DNA of 64,000 nucleotides from Eledone cirrhosa (Eukaryota): NCBI GenBank assembly GCA_964016885.1, contig OZ024742.1, positions 14,756,001 to 14,820,000 of the forward strand, read 5' to 3'. Shown piece by piece: positions 23,786 to 41,092 of this stretch (position 1 is its first letter; each line of letters starts with the position of its first letter). The notes under the pieces were generated by a model. It saw only the letters and a program-made list of their open reading frames with translations, ran no database searches and was not told where the DNA came from. The position numbers and the translations under genes were made by a program.

Positions 23786-24624
23786 CATAGACTTTCCTGC
23801 AGGAAGCCAGTGCATGATGGGAGGAGAGAATTTGGAAGAAACCGTGTTGAGCATGAACAGCTCAAGTGGTGTGCTCATAAGAGCCTTGAGTCTAGTTTGT
23901 CAAAGTATCTTGATTTAACCTGTAAAGAATGTGGCTGGTTATGTCTAAGTAGGGCGGGCCTTGACAGTCATCAGAGAAGCCACATACATGGAGACACTGT
24001 CAACTGTACATTGTATGACATTTCTGTTTGTGGGGAGTAGAGTGTGCCACAGTTGGTGGACTGAAACATCATTTGAAAGTGCACCAAAAATATCAATAAC
24101 AAGACACTATGACAAGAAGTCATTTTATTTCAGCTAGAAGCAGCTACATTAACATATTGTTACGATAGAGGGAAATATTATATTTTAAAGTGATCATACT
24201 TTAATATTTATGAAAGTTGTGGCAAAGGATTTCAATATATTTTACTGATAAGATATGGAAGAAATATTTCTAAAGTAACTTTTCCCTTGTTTGTAATAGC
24301 TGTCATAGCTAATTCTGAAATAGTAAGAAAGATGAAATATTAGTATAGACAGATAAAATATTATTTTACATTATATTACATTACATTTGAAAAGAGGGGT
24401 TACAGCCCTGAAATATCATTTAAAAATAAACATTCTTTGTTTATTTTTATTTGTCATAATTTTTCTTCCACATTATATTGGCTTTTTGAAACTTACCAGT
24501 CTTTTACTACATATCTCACAATGCTTTGCATTGTCAACATGAATGGACCTGTTAATTTTATCTAAAGACATTTTTTCCAATTCCACCCTGCCCGTCGCCT
24601 CAATCTATCTTATTTTTCATTCTT

Positions 24625-24660
24625 TCTTCTGATGAAGGACTAGCGTCCGAAAAGTTAAGA
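24625..24660 (+). ncRNA. Minimal type I hammerhead ribozyme motif (Penelope-type), one substitution in stem III
   Basis: TCTT CTGATGA A GGAC tagc GTCC GAAA aGTT AAGA; sister copy at 22157-22192 keeps GAAACGTT but has a damaged core. Confidence 0.6.
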
Positions 24661-24744
24661 CCCTCTTCCTGCTATATCAAGCGTTAACCTAATATATCCC
24701 TTCCATATACTGTACCGATTGTGTTGTTATTTCTGTTTATCTTT

Positions 24745-24753
24745 TACATACAT

Positions 24754-24807
<54 letters not shown>

Positions 24808-26790
24808 GTTTAACGTCCATCTTCCACGCTTGCATGGGTTTGGACGGGAATTTTCCCACTTGAGGCAAGATTGGTTGTCTTGCTCGTATAGGACTGTCTG
24901 GCGGGTTATCTACGGCTGGGTGCTCTTCCTAACACCAACCACGTTTACAGTGTGGACTGGGAGGTTTTTACCGTGTTACCTACACGGCCACATTACAGCG
25001 TGGACTGTGTGTTTTTTTGTCGTGACACCTACACGACCTCATTTATTTCGGACTCGATGTTGTGGTACCAACATAACTTTACATTGAAAAGGGTGGTGTG
25101 GATGGGGTAGGGGTAGTGGGACGGAGGTGTATTTTGTTAGAAGTGCCTACTGACTGTAGGTTTCGCTTTGTACTTAGGCAAGGCGGGTCTTCTGTATTAC
25201 TGTGTAGCGCAAAAGATCTCGGTCCAGTGACATTGTCTTGGAGAGGTGTAAGTATGTGAGGTCGGAATTTATCAAGTCGTCCCAGGTTTTTCTGGGTCTG
25301 CCTACTCCGTGGCTACCGTCTATTTTTATCGCCATGCACTTTTTTATACAGCTGTCGTCTTTCATGCGCATCACGTGACCGTACCAACGTAGTCTTCTCT
25401 CGAGTAAACAACATCTGATCCCTCTTATTCCTAATTCCTCCCTTAATTCGTTTATGCTTTGCCGTTCACGTATATTACTATTACACATCCAGCGGAGCAT
25501 GCAAGCTTTGTTCTTCTCCAGTCTGCGTATATCCTCTGCACACAATGCCAAAGTCTCACTGCCATGTAACATTGCTGTTCGTATGCAGGCATCGTACAGC
25601 CTGCCTTTCATTTTTAGAGAGAACCCTTTAGCGGCCAACAGCGGTATAAGCTCTCTGAACTTTTTCCATCCCGTTCTGACTCTAGCTACTCTACTTTCAG
25701 AGCACCCTCCACCACTGCTGATTTTGTCACCCAGATAACGGAAGGTGTCCACTATTTCTATAGAACCATCTGTGCAATGGAATGAGCTGTATTCTGTGGG
25801 CACTTGATGCTACTTATTGTACCTGAGCACCGGCCACATATAAAATCTATATTCTTAGTTAGCTTACCTGTGATCCCACTACATTTTTATGCACCCATAC
25901 TTTGCATTCGGGACATAAAATGGAGTTTCTGCCTACTCCTTTCCTACACACTGCGCATGGCCATTTCCTAGATGGGACCGGTGCCCTATTTTCCTTCCTA
26001 CAAACTAGAACTTTAGTCTTAGACAGGTTAATTTTAAGGACTTTTGATTCTAAGCCATGCTTCCATGTTTGGAATTTCTTCTCTAGTTCAGCCATTGATT
26101 CAGCTATGAGCTTTAGGTCATCTGCGTATAGGAGTTCCCATGGGCAGCCGGTCTTGAACTCCTCTGTTATAGCCTGAAGGGCAATAATAAATAGGAGGGG
26201 GCTAAGAACGGAGCCCTGATGAACACCAACTTTTACGCTAAACTCTTCACTATATTCGTTGTTAATTCTAGCCTTGCTGACTGTTTCTTTATACATGGCT
26301 TGTATAGCTCTCACAAGCCATTCATCGACACCTAGTTTTCTAAGAGCCCACCAGATAATGGAGCGGGCGACTCTGTCAAAGGCTTTCTCCAAGTCAACAA
26401 AAACTAAGTATAGGGGTTTACTTTTAGCTAGGTACTTCTCGTGTAGTTGTCGGACAATGAAAAGAGCTTCTGTGGTACTTTTACCTGACACAAACCCGAA
26501 CTGCATTTCATCTAGATCAATTGGCTCTTTGATTAGTTGCGCTATTACTTTTTCTGTGACCTTCATGACCTGGTCGATTAATTTAATGCCTCTATAGTTA
26601 CCCCTATCTAGGTCATCTCCTTTACCCTTGTAGCAGTTAATGATGATGCTGCTACGCCAGTCCTTCGGAACGACCCCATTCTCTATGACTTGGTTTACTA
26701 TCCGGGTGACCATAGTGTGTCCCACCGTTCCAGATGCTTTCAGCATTTCAGCAACTTTTCCGAAGGCCCAGCCGCGTTACCCGTCTTCAT
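24745..26790 (-). mobile_element. 5'-truncated RTE-clade LINE (RT, PHD-like finger, (GAT)n tail)
   Basis: ORFs 25859-26746 (DLEKAFD, HQGSVLSP, YADD, WPCAVC...CPECKVWVHK) and 25174-25803 (FRYLG, RRLRWYGHV). Confidence 0.9.
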
Positions 26791-26795
26791 ATCTT

Positions 26796-26849
<54 letters not shown>

Positions 26850-26860
26850 TGATGTGTTGT

Positions 26861-26897
<37 letters not shown>

Positions 26898-27265
26898 TGA
26901 TGTGTTGTTACATATATATATATATATATATATGTAACAGCACATCACCCAGTTCAATTCTCAGACCGGGTGATGTTTGTTTCCTTGAGCAAGACACTTT
27001 ATTTCACATTGCTCCAGTTTACTCAGCTGTAGAAATGAGATGATAGGACTGGGGTCCCTATCATTCCACTGCAAAGTGGTCGTGGAGGTGACATGGCAAA
27101 AAAGCACCCAGCCCACACTGTAAAGTCGACGTGTAGGTGCCACAGAAAAAAAGCACCCAGCACTCACTGTAAATGAGGTTGGTGTTAGGAAGGGCAACCA
27201 GCTGTAGAAATCAAGCCAGAATCAGTTCCCGTCCCACCTTGCAAGCAGGGAAAAGCGGACGTAAA

Positions 27266-27297
<32 letters not shown>

Positions 27298-27850
27298 ATA
27301 TATAATGTAAATATATATATATTATCATCATCATCATCATCATCACTATTTTACGTCCATTCTGCCACGATAGAATATTGTGTTGGTATTGTCATGTGAT
27401 GCACGTGGACCATGCTCATTGGGTGAAGAAGTGTCAAGAAATGCCAGTGGAAGGTAGAGGTAGACTAAAAAAGACCTGGGCAGAGGTTGTGATAACTGAT
27501 CTCAAATCATTGAGACTCACAGAGGAGATGACAAAGCATCGCAATAAGTGGAGAGATACCATGCTGAGAAGGACCCATCCAACCCATGCAAGCATGGAAA
27601 AGCGGATGTAAAAACAATGATGATGATAATAATTAATATATAGTATATATATATATATATATAGTGAAATAAGATAACAAGGAGGATTGGTTACTCCTTC
27701 ATTACATTTATTGGTTGGTGATGCAGGTTTCGTCACTGATCAACTCAAGGTTCGATCTGTATCGATCTGACCCCACTCTGTAATCCGGTGTGAACCTAAA
27801 CATCGAGTGCTCACTCGAGTGAACCTACAGTACATCCAAGTTACACCCCT

Positions 27851-27936
<86 letters not shown>

Positions 27937-28123
27937 CGAAGGAAATGTGGTAAGGAACCAGGTGGACCATAACGCACCAAAGTACTCAATACTTAGGGTA
28001 GTAGAGTGGGTAATAGGAACAAGTAAGACCCCGACGGCTGAGCTCAAGCCGTTTCGACGGCTAATTCTGTACTGAATTAGCCGTCGAAACGGCTTGAGCT
28101 CAGCCGTCGGGGTTTTACTTGTT

Positions 28124-28175
<52 letters not shown>

Positions 28176-28362
28176 TTGTTTTCTAATTTTCTAAAGGCAA
28201 TATTTTTCTCAGTTTCAGAAGATGCTGCTTAGAGAGAGAGCAGAAATTCTTTGCTTAAACTTTAATCTATACTAATAATAAATATTTTCTCTTCGGATTT
28301 TTATATATATATACAATCCTTATTGATCCCTCTTCTCATTTAGGTTTTTGTATTTATTATTA

Positions 28363-28407
<45 letters not shown>

Positions 28408-28999
28408 GTTATAATTTGTTTATAAACCAAAAAGTTCAAGGCATTCACTCACTGACAACTGTTTCTTCCCAGAATAATATTCCACAGATAGCAAATTATT
28501 TTATTTAACAATTTGCCATCAGTTAACATAGACTATCGGTGTCATCAGAGTTTAATTAAAATACTAATACAAATCACTCAAGAAAAAATAGATAATATCT
28601 ATCACTTATCAAAATATCAAAATAAATCAGTTAAAATATCATAGTTAAAAAAGTCTGGTGTCAGTTGTGTTAAAAGTTATTTGGAAGTAGTATTACCTAG
28701 AATGAATTGGAATTAACAAAACAATATATAATAGCACAAGGCCACCACTTTATTTTATCGACCCCATATCGATGAAATGTAAAGTTAACCTCGACGGGAT
28801 TTAAACTCAGACCATAAAGGGACGTAACTATGCTAGAAAGCATGGCGTCCAGCCCTCTACCGATACTGCCAATCCACCAATGGCACTACATGACCTTATC
28901 ATTGCATTGAGCTAAACTACACCTAGTAAATGAGTAAAATTAACTCTCATTAATATTACTATTATATTTATATATATATATACATTTATATATATATAT

Positions 29000-30259
29000 T
29001 AGGAAAAAATAAAACAGTAGTTTTATTTTTTAAGATATATTTATCAAACGTGGGTCAGTTTGTCTTCATCACTTGTTCTTTCGATCTCACTCGACAAACC
29101 CGCCATTGGCTTTGATGATGGCCTCAAGGCGGCCTCGGAACCGGCTACATGCCTTCGTCACTGTCCCCCGACTTAGGTCCCTAAAGGCACTTGTGATCCT
29201 TGCCTTCTGATCGTCTTTAGTATTGCAGCTAGATCTGTTGGTGTCTCTCTTCCACTGCACCCCACACAAAGAAATCGAGGGGGTTGCAGTCAGGCGAGCT
29301 GGGAGGCCAGATAAAGTGTGGAGGTCAGGTGAAGTGTGGTCGACGAAGTTCTCTGACAGCCAGGCTTGGATCTTTCGGCTGGTATGGCAGAGCGCTGAGT
29401 CTTGCTGCCACACGTACGGCCTACCTGCAGCTACCTGGTCGATCCAGGGCTTTACTACCTCGCTCAGAACGCGATGTAGCCATCGGTGTTCAGCTTGAGG
29501 CCCTCAGGGAAGAAGTGAGGTGGCATGACGTCACCTTGACTGCTGACGTCACCTAAGACCAATGTTGTCGCTGGAAACTTTGTCTGCATGACTCTGGGCA
29601 CGTCTTTGGATGAGACAGCGAGCCACCTGTTGTTCTGGGAGTTGATCATCTGGTCTTGGCAGAAGTTTTTCTCGTCGGAGAAAAACCACAGCATGTCTGG
29701 CTCCAGTGGGTGTTTCAACTTGTTTATCAGCTTCTTTACGTGCTTCAGTCGCTTTTCTTGCATCGCCTTTGACAGAAATTGTCTTTTCTTCATCTTGTAT
29801 GAAACGTAGCGAATGTCTTCATGTACTACCAGCCTAATGAGCTTTTCATCCATGCCTTTCTCCCTTGCAATGGCATGCATCGACTTGCTAGGTTCATTGT
29901 TGATTATATCCTGAACTTCAGCGACGAACTCGGGCGTTCTGAAGGCGTCAGATCGTTGATCATGTGTTTTCCTCTCTGATGTTGCTTCGTAGTCGAATCC
30001 GGAATCTTCCAATTCCTTTCTGACCTTTTCCACCATTCTCCTGCTGACGCTGAGAAAGTCTGAAATTTCTTTATTTGTCCTCCCGGCGCGGATTCCAAGA
30101 AGAACTCCGTGTCTCTTCCACAAATTTGGAGGTTCAAAATTATTCATAATCAATTATTCTGAAAATAAATAATGGAAATATAGTCACTGTTTTTATGAAG
30201 ACAAGAGTGACAACGGAAGTTAAAAAAATTTGCATAAAATTACCAGTTGAAAATTGCGA
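29000..30259 (-). mobile_element. Second DD37D (maT) copy, TIRs largely lost
   Basis: ORF 29464-30153 is nearly identical to 17747-18406; WQQDSA; left end truncated at TTGCGA against a SINE. Confidence 0.9.
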
Positions 30260-30969
30260 CCGGGTGATGTGTTGTTTCCTTGAGCAAGACACTTTATTTC
30301 ACATTGCTCCAGTTTACTCAGCTGTAGAAATGAGATGATAGGGACTGGGGTCTCTATCATTACACTGCAAAGTGATTGTGGAGGTACCATGGCAAAAAAA
30401 GCACCCGGCACTCACTGTAAATGAGGTTGGTGTTAGGAAGGGCATCCAGCTGTAGAAATTTAGCCAGAATCAGTTCCCGTCCCACCCTTGCAAGCGGGGA
30501 AAAGTGGACGTAAAATGATGATGATGATGATGATGATGATGATATAATATATATATATAAGGTGCAATTAGATTGCGTTCACAGGTGGTATGCCATAATG
30601 AGCACTTAAGGCTATTGGGGAGCAGAGTATCGATATTTAATCACATATTACATATGTTTCTCTGCCGATCAGCTCGAGGGTAATATGTGATTAAATATTT
30701 ATGATACAACACTGATTCTTTGTTCCCTAATTATCATAATTATTATTATTATTATTGGCCGTGGATTGGCAGTATCAGTAGAGGGTCGGACGCCATGCTT
30801 TGACGCATAGAGTTATGGCCCTTTCCATTCTGAGTTCAAATCCCGCCAAGGTTAACTTTACCTTTCATCCTTACGGGGTCGATAAAATGAAGTACCAGTA
30901 ATGCACTGGGTAATTGCTGGCCTTGTGCCTAAAGTATAAACAATTATTATTATTATTATTGTTATTGTT

Positions 30970-32347
30970 ATTCCTTGAATCTCAGTCATTGATGTTGGTT
31001 AACTGGAAAGTCCGTTGGATTGAATATCAAGCCACTACCTGCAGTCTCAGATATTCAGGACGTATCGGAGGGTTCTTGCTGTTCCAAGCAAGCATGCCTT
31101 TTGAAGCGTTCCAAAAAGCGTGAAGGGGCCGATTTTCTTTAACCATCCCTGGAAACCTTTGGAGATAGTCCCCAGTGCGCCTATGACAATCGGGATCACT
31201 TTGACTTCATGGCAGTTCCAAATCCTTTTCACCTCCCACTTTAGGTCCTGGTATCGGTTAATTTTCTCCCTCTCCTTCTCTTGCACTCTCGTGTCGAACG
31301 GGCAGGCCACATCCACAATCAGGCACGATCTTTTTTCTTTGTCCACAACCACCAGGTCAGGTCTATTGTGTTCCAGTTTTTTGTCCGTCTGTATCCTAAA
31401 ATCCCACAGCACCTTCACCTGACTGTTCTCCATCACCGCCTCTGGCCTATGCTCATACCATTTCTCAGAATGTGGTAGATTGTTTACTTTGCACAGGTGC
31501 CAGTGGATCACCCTGCCCATCACATCGTGTCTCCAGCCCTTATAGTGGGTCTGGGCTAGGTGTTTACACTCGGACACAATGTGAGCCACAGTCTCCTCTC
31601 TCTCTCCACAGATCCTGCACAGTGGGCTAGCCTCCTCCTTGTAGATATGGTGCTTCAACCACTTCGTTTTGAGGGCCTGCTCCTGCGCAGCCATTAGCAT
31701 TCCTTCTGTAGCCTTTTTGAGGTCTCCTCTTCTCAACCAGTTCCATGTCTGTGGATCTCTAAATTCAGTTTTCTCAAAGAAGGTACTATGAAGGGATTTT
31801 CCCTTAAGGCTGCTCTTCCTCCTTGATGTTATTTCCTCCTTGGATATCCCCTGGCCTACTGTCCCCTCCTTCAGTACAGCTCTGAGCATTGGCTCCTTAC
31901 TATAGGTCACGTATTTGTATAGGTTGTTTTTCTCCATCTGAACACAGTCCTCTATGCTGATAAGACCTCTTCCACCCTCAGATCTCCTTAGGTAGAGTCT
32001 ATCGACATCACTCCTCTTGTGGAACATGTTGTAGATAGTCAATAGCTTCCTAGTCTTCCTATCCATTTCTTTTTGTTCAGCAACATTCCATCTCAGAATT
32101 CCCGCACTGTACCTAATAATAGACACAGCTCGGGAATTTACTGCGCTTATGGCATTTCTGCTGTTCAGATGTGACTTCAATACGCTCCTTACTCTCCGAA
32201 TGTATTCAGTTCTTAACAATTCCTTCATTTTTTTGTTCTTTATGCCATCAGCCTCCAGAACGCCCAAATACTTGTATCCTTCCTCAGAGTCAATTTCCTT
32301 TATCATCTCACCTGTTGGTATCTGGATCCCGTTACTTCTGCTCAACC
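30970..32347 (-). mobile_element. 5'-truncated R4/Dong-like RLE retrotransposon (family A) with a 432-aa open C-terminal part
   Basis: YKYLG; CRICGEREETVAHIVSEC (CCHC); RHD; RPDLVVVD...IVDVACPFD...EKINRY (PD-(D/E)xK endonuclease); (TTA)n on both flanks. Confidence 0.92.
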
Positions 32348-32402
<55 letters not shown>

Positions 32403-32670
32403 GATAATGAGATCGAGACCGAGATCGTGTAGGTGTCATGACAAAAAAAAACACACAGTCCACGCTGTAATGTGGCCATGTAGGTAACACGGTAAAAAGT
32501 ACCCAGTCCACACTGTAAATGTCGTTGGTGTTAGGAAGGGCATCCAGCCGTAGAAAACCTGCCAGATAGTCCTATATGGGCGAGACATGGTCTCCCGACC
32601 AATCTTGCCTCAAATGGGACAACTCCCGCCTAACCATCCTAGCGTGGAAGATAGACGAGGGCTAGATAAA

Positions 32671-32751
<81 letters not shown>

Positions 32752-33145
32752 GGGAATACAGGAAAATACCACTGAGTGAACACATTGATACCTGTGCCGC
32801 CCAAAATCATCCCAACTTCAGAATCTTTCCCCTCTACAAATTTAAAGATAATGCCACCCACACCCAGCGCATCAGCAAGGAATTTTACTTTATTAACAAA
32901 TATGGACCCCGTCTAAACAGTTCTCCCTAAGACGAACCCACAACATACACACGTCAACATACATACCTACATCAGCATACATCTCTACCCACATATAAAC
33001 ACAATGACATACGTAAACACACATGTTCTATGGTGCAACACAAATATACACAAATTTGCATACCTTTTGATGTCTATAGATATAAACGTGCCGACACACA
33101 CACATACATAAACGCACACATGCATTGCACACTGATGGGCACATA

Positions 33146-33348
33146 CATATTTGTGCACAGGTATTCCAATACGGCAAGGACTAATGAATTCCCCTTGCAG
33201 TACGTACAATCTGGACACACTCCAGATACATATTTGTGCACAGGTATACAATTTCTGGACACACTCCAGATACATATTTGTGCACAGGTATTCCAATACG
33301 GCAAGGCCTAATGGATCCCCCTTGCAGTACGTACAATCTGGACACACT
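33146..33348. repeat. Short tandem duplication (units near 33146, 33229 partial, 33274)
   Basis: Repeated CATATTTGTGCACAGGTAT...TCTGGACACACTC. Confidence 0.85.
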
Positions 33349-33726
33349 CACACACACCTTGGTATTATGCCAATACTATATATCATTTCACACCTTTTAT
33401 TATTAAGGTTTTTGATGTTCTATTGAGAGAATCGATTTTACTGAAAATATCGAATAATGTACACCATTTTACCAGAAAAAAATACTGGTCCACCCACACA
33501 CACACACACACACACACATTCTCTCACACACACACACACATATATATATACACACACATACACACGCGTACATTAACATACAAAGAGACATACACACACA
33601 CACACACACACACACACTTCTCCGTATAAGACAAGAGCTGAAAAATATCTTTTAACATGTTAAAATATCCCCCACATACTTACAGACACATTCCTACTGA
33701 CCATCCCTCTACCACGAATTACTCTG

Positions 33727-33811
<85 letters not shown>

Positions 33812-33929
33812 TCTTAATAGGCATTTGAACTGTCAACAGGCTGCGGTTCGCACACACATCCCTGCTGACCATTATCACAACAACGAACCTCTTTACTACT
33901 ACTACACACACACACACACATTTGTTGTG

Positions 33930-34230
33930 AAAGACTTATTTCTCAGTCAGCCGACACAAACCTACATTTGGCGCAAAATCAATTTTTTACATTCACATGA
34001 CCTCTACCGACCAATCAAAATTGTTTTGACCACAAGAATTTTTGCAACACGAATTGGCGCAAAACCTATTTTAATACCGCTGGAGCCACTTTTTTAACAT
34101 AAAAACAGGTAGAATTCCCAAAACTAATCAGATCAGAGCAAACATCACGGACGCTCTATCTCAAAATTATTTTTGAAAAGCATTAGAAATGCGCAACCGG
34201 TAAAACTAAAAACCAAAACTGAATACTAAC
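33930..34230. repeat. Unclassified interspersed repeat related to 51460-51880
   Basis: Shared motifs TGGCGC(A/G)AAA, GAGCCACTTTTT, ATCTCAA...TTTTGAAAAGCA, in the same orientation. Confidence 0.6.
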
Positions 34231-34313
34231 CAATACTATTACTAATTCTCACTTATTCCTAATTAAACTATTTTTCACTGTGAACAATTTGTCAGCATTT
34301 TCTATTCCGTTTA

Positions 34314-34371
<58 letters not shown>

Positions 34372-34651
34372 TTCATCCCAGGTTCAATCGGGGTAACCAC
34401 AGTAAATAAGGTACTCAATACAAACTAGAGTATAAATATTTAATATAGAAAGGCTTCTACAGGAGTAGAACTGTTTCATACAGGAGAAATCATTCATAAT
34501 TTCTCCCGAATGAAACAGTTCTAGTCCTGTAGAAGCCTTTCTATATTATACATATATATATATATATATGAATCTTATATATTATACATATATATATATA
34601 TATATATTAATTCAAAATATTAACAAATATAGACATTCGTGTGATCAAGTA

Positions 34652-34718
34652 TATTTTATTATACATATTTCAGAGGTACTGAGCTATCTTCAACAGAACG
34701 TCCTCATCAGATAAAATA
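34652..34718 (-). ncRNA. Hammerhead ribozyme motif
   Basis: Reverse complement: TATTTTAT CTGATGA (imperfect stem II GGACGTTCTG/CAGTACCTCT) GAAA TATGT ATA ATAAAATA; 8-bp stem I, AUA triplet. Confidence 0.55.
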
Positions 34719-35899
34719 AGATGATGCATGACATCCCTTGACTAAGTAGATAGTTAAAATTCAGTCATGGCAGTCAATATTTTGTTAATATTTTGAATTA
34801 ATATTAATAACTCCGGAAAACCATCACTGTGGAGTGCTTCTAATCTATTGTAAAACTTTGTTCATTGATTTATTCATTGAACCTTGTTTAACCTTTAAAT
34901 ATATATATATATATATGAATCCTAACAGGCCTTACCAACCAACCCTCAATTAAGAAATTTAATCCCGTCTTCGCAGAACACAATCACCATTACTTCCTCT
35001 GTCTAATATTTTACTTGATGACCCACTTTGGGTCAGACTGCGAAAAGAGCCGCCCCAACTAGTCTCTGAAATTTCTCCTGTAAATTCACTTCTTTTCATT
35101 ATGTTGATCTTCCTCTCACTACCACATCACAACAGCCACGACCAACACCACATGACTAACTCCCATTACCACACAACAGCAAATATGACCAAACTGAATC
35201 AGTTGTTATAAAACTATTCCCTCTCTCACACACACTAAATCATTTCCACTTACATACATTTCTCTCTCTTACACACAAACATATCCACTCACTCATATGC
35301 ACACTCATTCACTCATGTATGTACACACTCTCTCTTACACATATATTCATTCTTTCACACACATATACACATATATATCTTACTACATATTTTACTAAGA
35401 TTAAAAATTTCTCAATTTTTTTATCAGCTTGCTCCAAGTAATCCTCTGCCTACTCTGCCAGCTGGCAATATATCAGAGATCTTCACAAAAATGGAACTAA
35501 ACAACGCATAAGTCCCATAAACCCAACAGCTCCCAATAAAAGACGTTATCCACCAAGAAAAACTGAAGAAACCTATGTGACTCTACCATTAGATCAGTCA
35601 ATATTCTTTTACAGCTTGCTGTCATTAAACTGTGGCTCTGCTGGGGCATTGCCTTAAAGTCGATCATATTCACCTGAGTACTTATTTTTTTCAAGCGTGA
35701 TACTTAAGCACGTACATAGGCACACACATAAACACTGACACAAAAATATGTATAAGCTATTACGGGACTCACTTCCCACCCACCCGCTCCACCTCCACCA
35801 CATTCGGTATACATGCCTGACGCTGTATGCTAACGACTCCCTCGTGAATATATCATAGAACAGACAAGGGACAGACGGAGGCTCCATAAGCCGTAATGT

Positions 35900-39420
<3,521 letters not shown>

Positions 39421-39458
39421 ACGAATGTAGTTGAAGGTCAATAAAATTGGTATTATAC

Positions 39459-39501
39459 CTGACAGCAAATGGGCTGAACTTGCAAAAGCACTGTAGATAT
39501 T
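39459..39501 (-). CDS. Cys-rich peptide gene B, second coding exon (43 nt), (L)[14 protein letters not shown]
   Basis: Reverse complement: long pyrimidine tract ttttttccttctttttctacAG|AATATCT...TGCTGTCAG|GTATAA. Same length, phase and QPxCCQ ending as 19177-19219. Confidence 0.8.
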
Positions 39502-39651
39502 CTGTAGAAAAAGAAGGAAAAAATGAAAAAAATATAAGTAGTACTCACCATATAGCTATGTTATTGAAACTGTATATATGTATATATATATATATATACA
39601 TACATACATTCATATATACATATATACATATACATTCATACATACATACAT

Positions 39652-40250
39652 ATCATCATCATCATCATCACTGTTTTACGTCCGTTCTTCCATGCTAGCA
39701 TGGGTCAGACGGGTTGTCCTGTTGTGGGCAGTGTCTGGTCGGCTGACCATGCCTTGCTCATACAGGAACTGATTCTGGCTTGATTTCTATAGCTGGATGC
39801 CCTTCCTAACACCAACCTCATTTACAGTGAGTGCTGGGTGCTTTTTCCGTGGCGCCTATACGTCCACTTTACAGTGTGGGCTGGGTGCTTTTTTTTGCCG
39901 TGGCACCTCCCACCTTGCAGTGGGAGGGTGTGGGGGCATATTGTCTATATGCTTCAGCTTGTACCCATGGGAGGTCGAGTACTCTGTATTACTGCGTGAC
40001 GCCAGAGGTCACGGTCGTGTGTCATCGACTTTGAGAGGTGTAATTGGGTATGGTCGGCTTTTATCACCACCTCATCCCAGGTCTTCTTGAGTCTCCCCAC
40101 TCCGCGGTTTCCATTGACTTCTAGTGCTCTGCACCTTTTTATGCAGCTGTCATCCTTCATACGCATCACATGTCCATACCAACGCAACCGCCTCTCCTGC
40201 ATACAGCATTTGATTCCTCTTATGCTCAGTCTCTCTCTCAATTCATTTAT
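39652..40250 (-). mobile_element. RTE 3' fragment with (GAT)n tail; similar 3' pieces at 27378-27625, 32410-32660, 51936-52370 and 52756-52990
   Basis: ERRLRWYGHVMRM; shared GGTTGGTGTTAGGAAGGGCATCCAGC block; GGACGTAAAAC(A/G)(G/A)TGATGAT end. Confidence 0.8.
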
Positions 40251-41092
40251 GCATATATACATACATTCATACATATATACATACATATATATACATTCAA
40301 ACATACATACATACATATATATATATACATACATACATTCATACATATATACATACATACATATACATTCATACATATATACATACATGGTGGCTGCCAA
40401 CTCGTTTTCGAGTTCGGTCATCTCTACCGGTCATCTCTCCCGGTGATTTTGGATGGCCATTGACTCTTAAGAGCTCCTTTGCCCTTTGACAGGTTTTGTT
40501 TTTAGTCCTGCAGGATGTCCAGTCACCCTCCTCACCAAGAAACCTTGGTGGGGTTGCCAGTTTAGTCGCCAACGACCCGACCATGAGACAGGTTGTACTG
40601 GGATACATGTTACCAGTAGCACCAACTGGTGACCTGACATATACATACATACATGGTGGCTGCCAACTCGTTTTCGAGTACGGCCACTACTTTATATCCA
40701 TGTAGGAGAACCCCTACCGATGCGCTGAACGAGTGTGACTTTTTAGTCCAGCCAGCGACTAGAAAACTGGCACAATCACTACACTTGTGATAATTATTGA
40801 CACATAGTGTTGGGCCCATGGTACCACGTGATGACAAGTGCAGAGAGATCTCCAGATATGAAGCAATGCCTGTGCCGTGAAGCTTTTATAGTGAGCAAAG
40901 GCAATGCACAAAGCCAGTCCCACTCTCTTAACCAAGATGATATTTACCAAAAAGAAGAACAAGTCAACATCATTGGATACCATCAGGGTTGCAGGTGTTA
41001 TATCAGAGTTTTCCTTCTCCTAGAATTCTGCCTTGACAAAGGCTAAGGGGTCATCTCTCCCGGTGATTTTAGATGGCCATTGACTCTTAAGA

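Noticed and set aside
35400-35560. Possible terminal exon of gene B, or a plus-strand exon
   Set aside because: AG-preceded open frames exist on both strands, but none resembles gene A's candidate last exons, so it cannot be supported.
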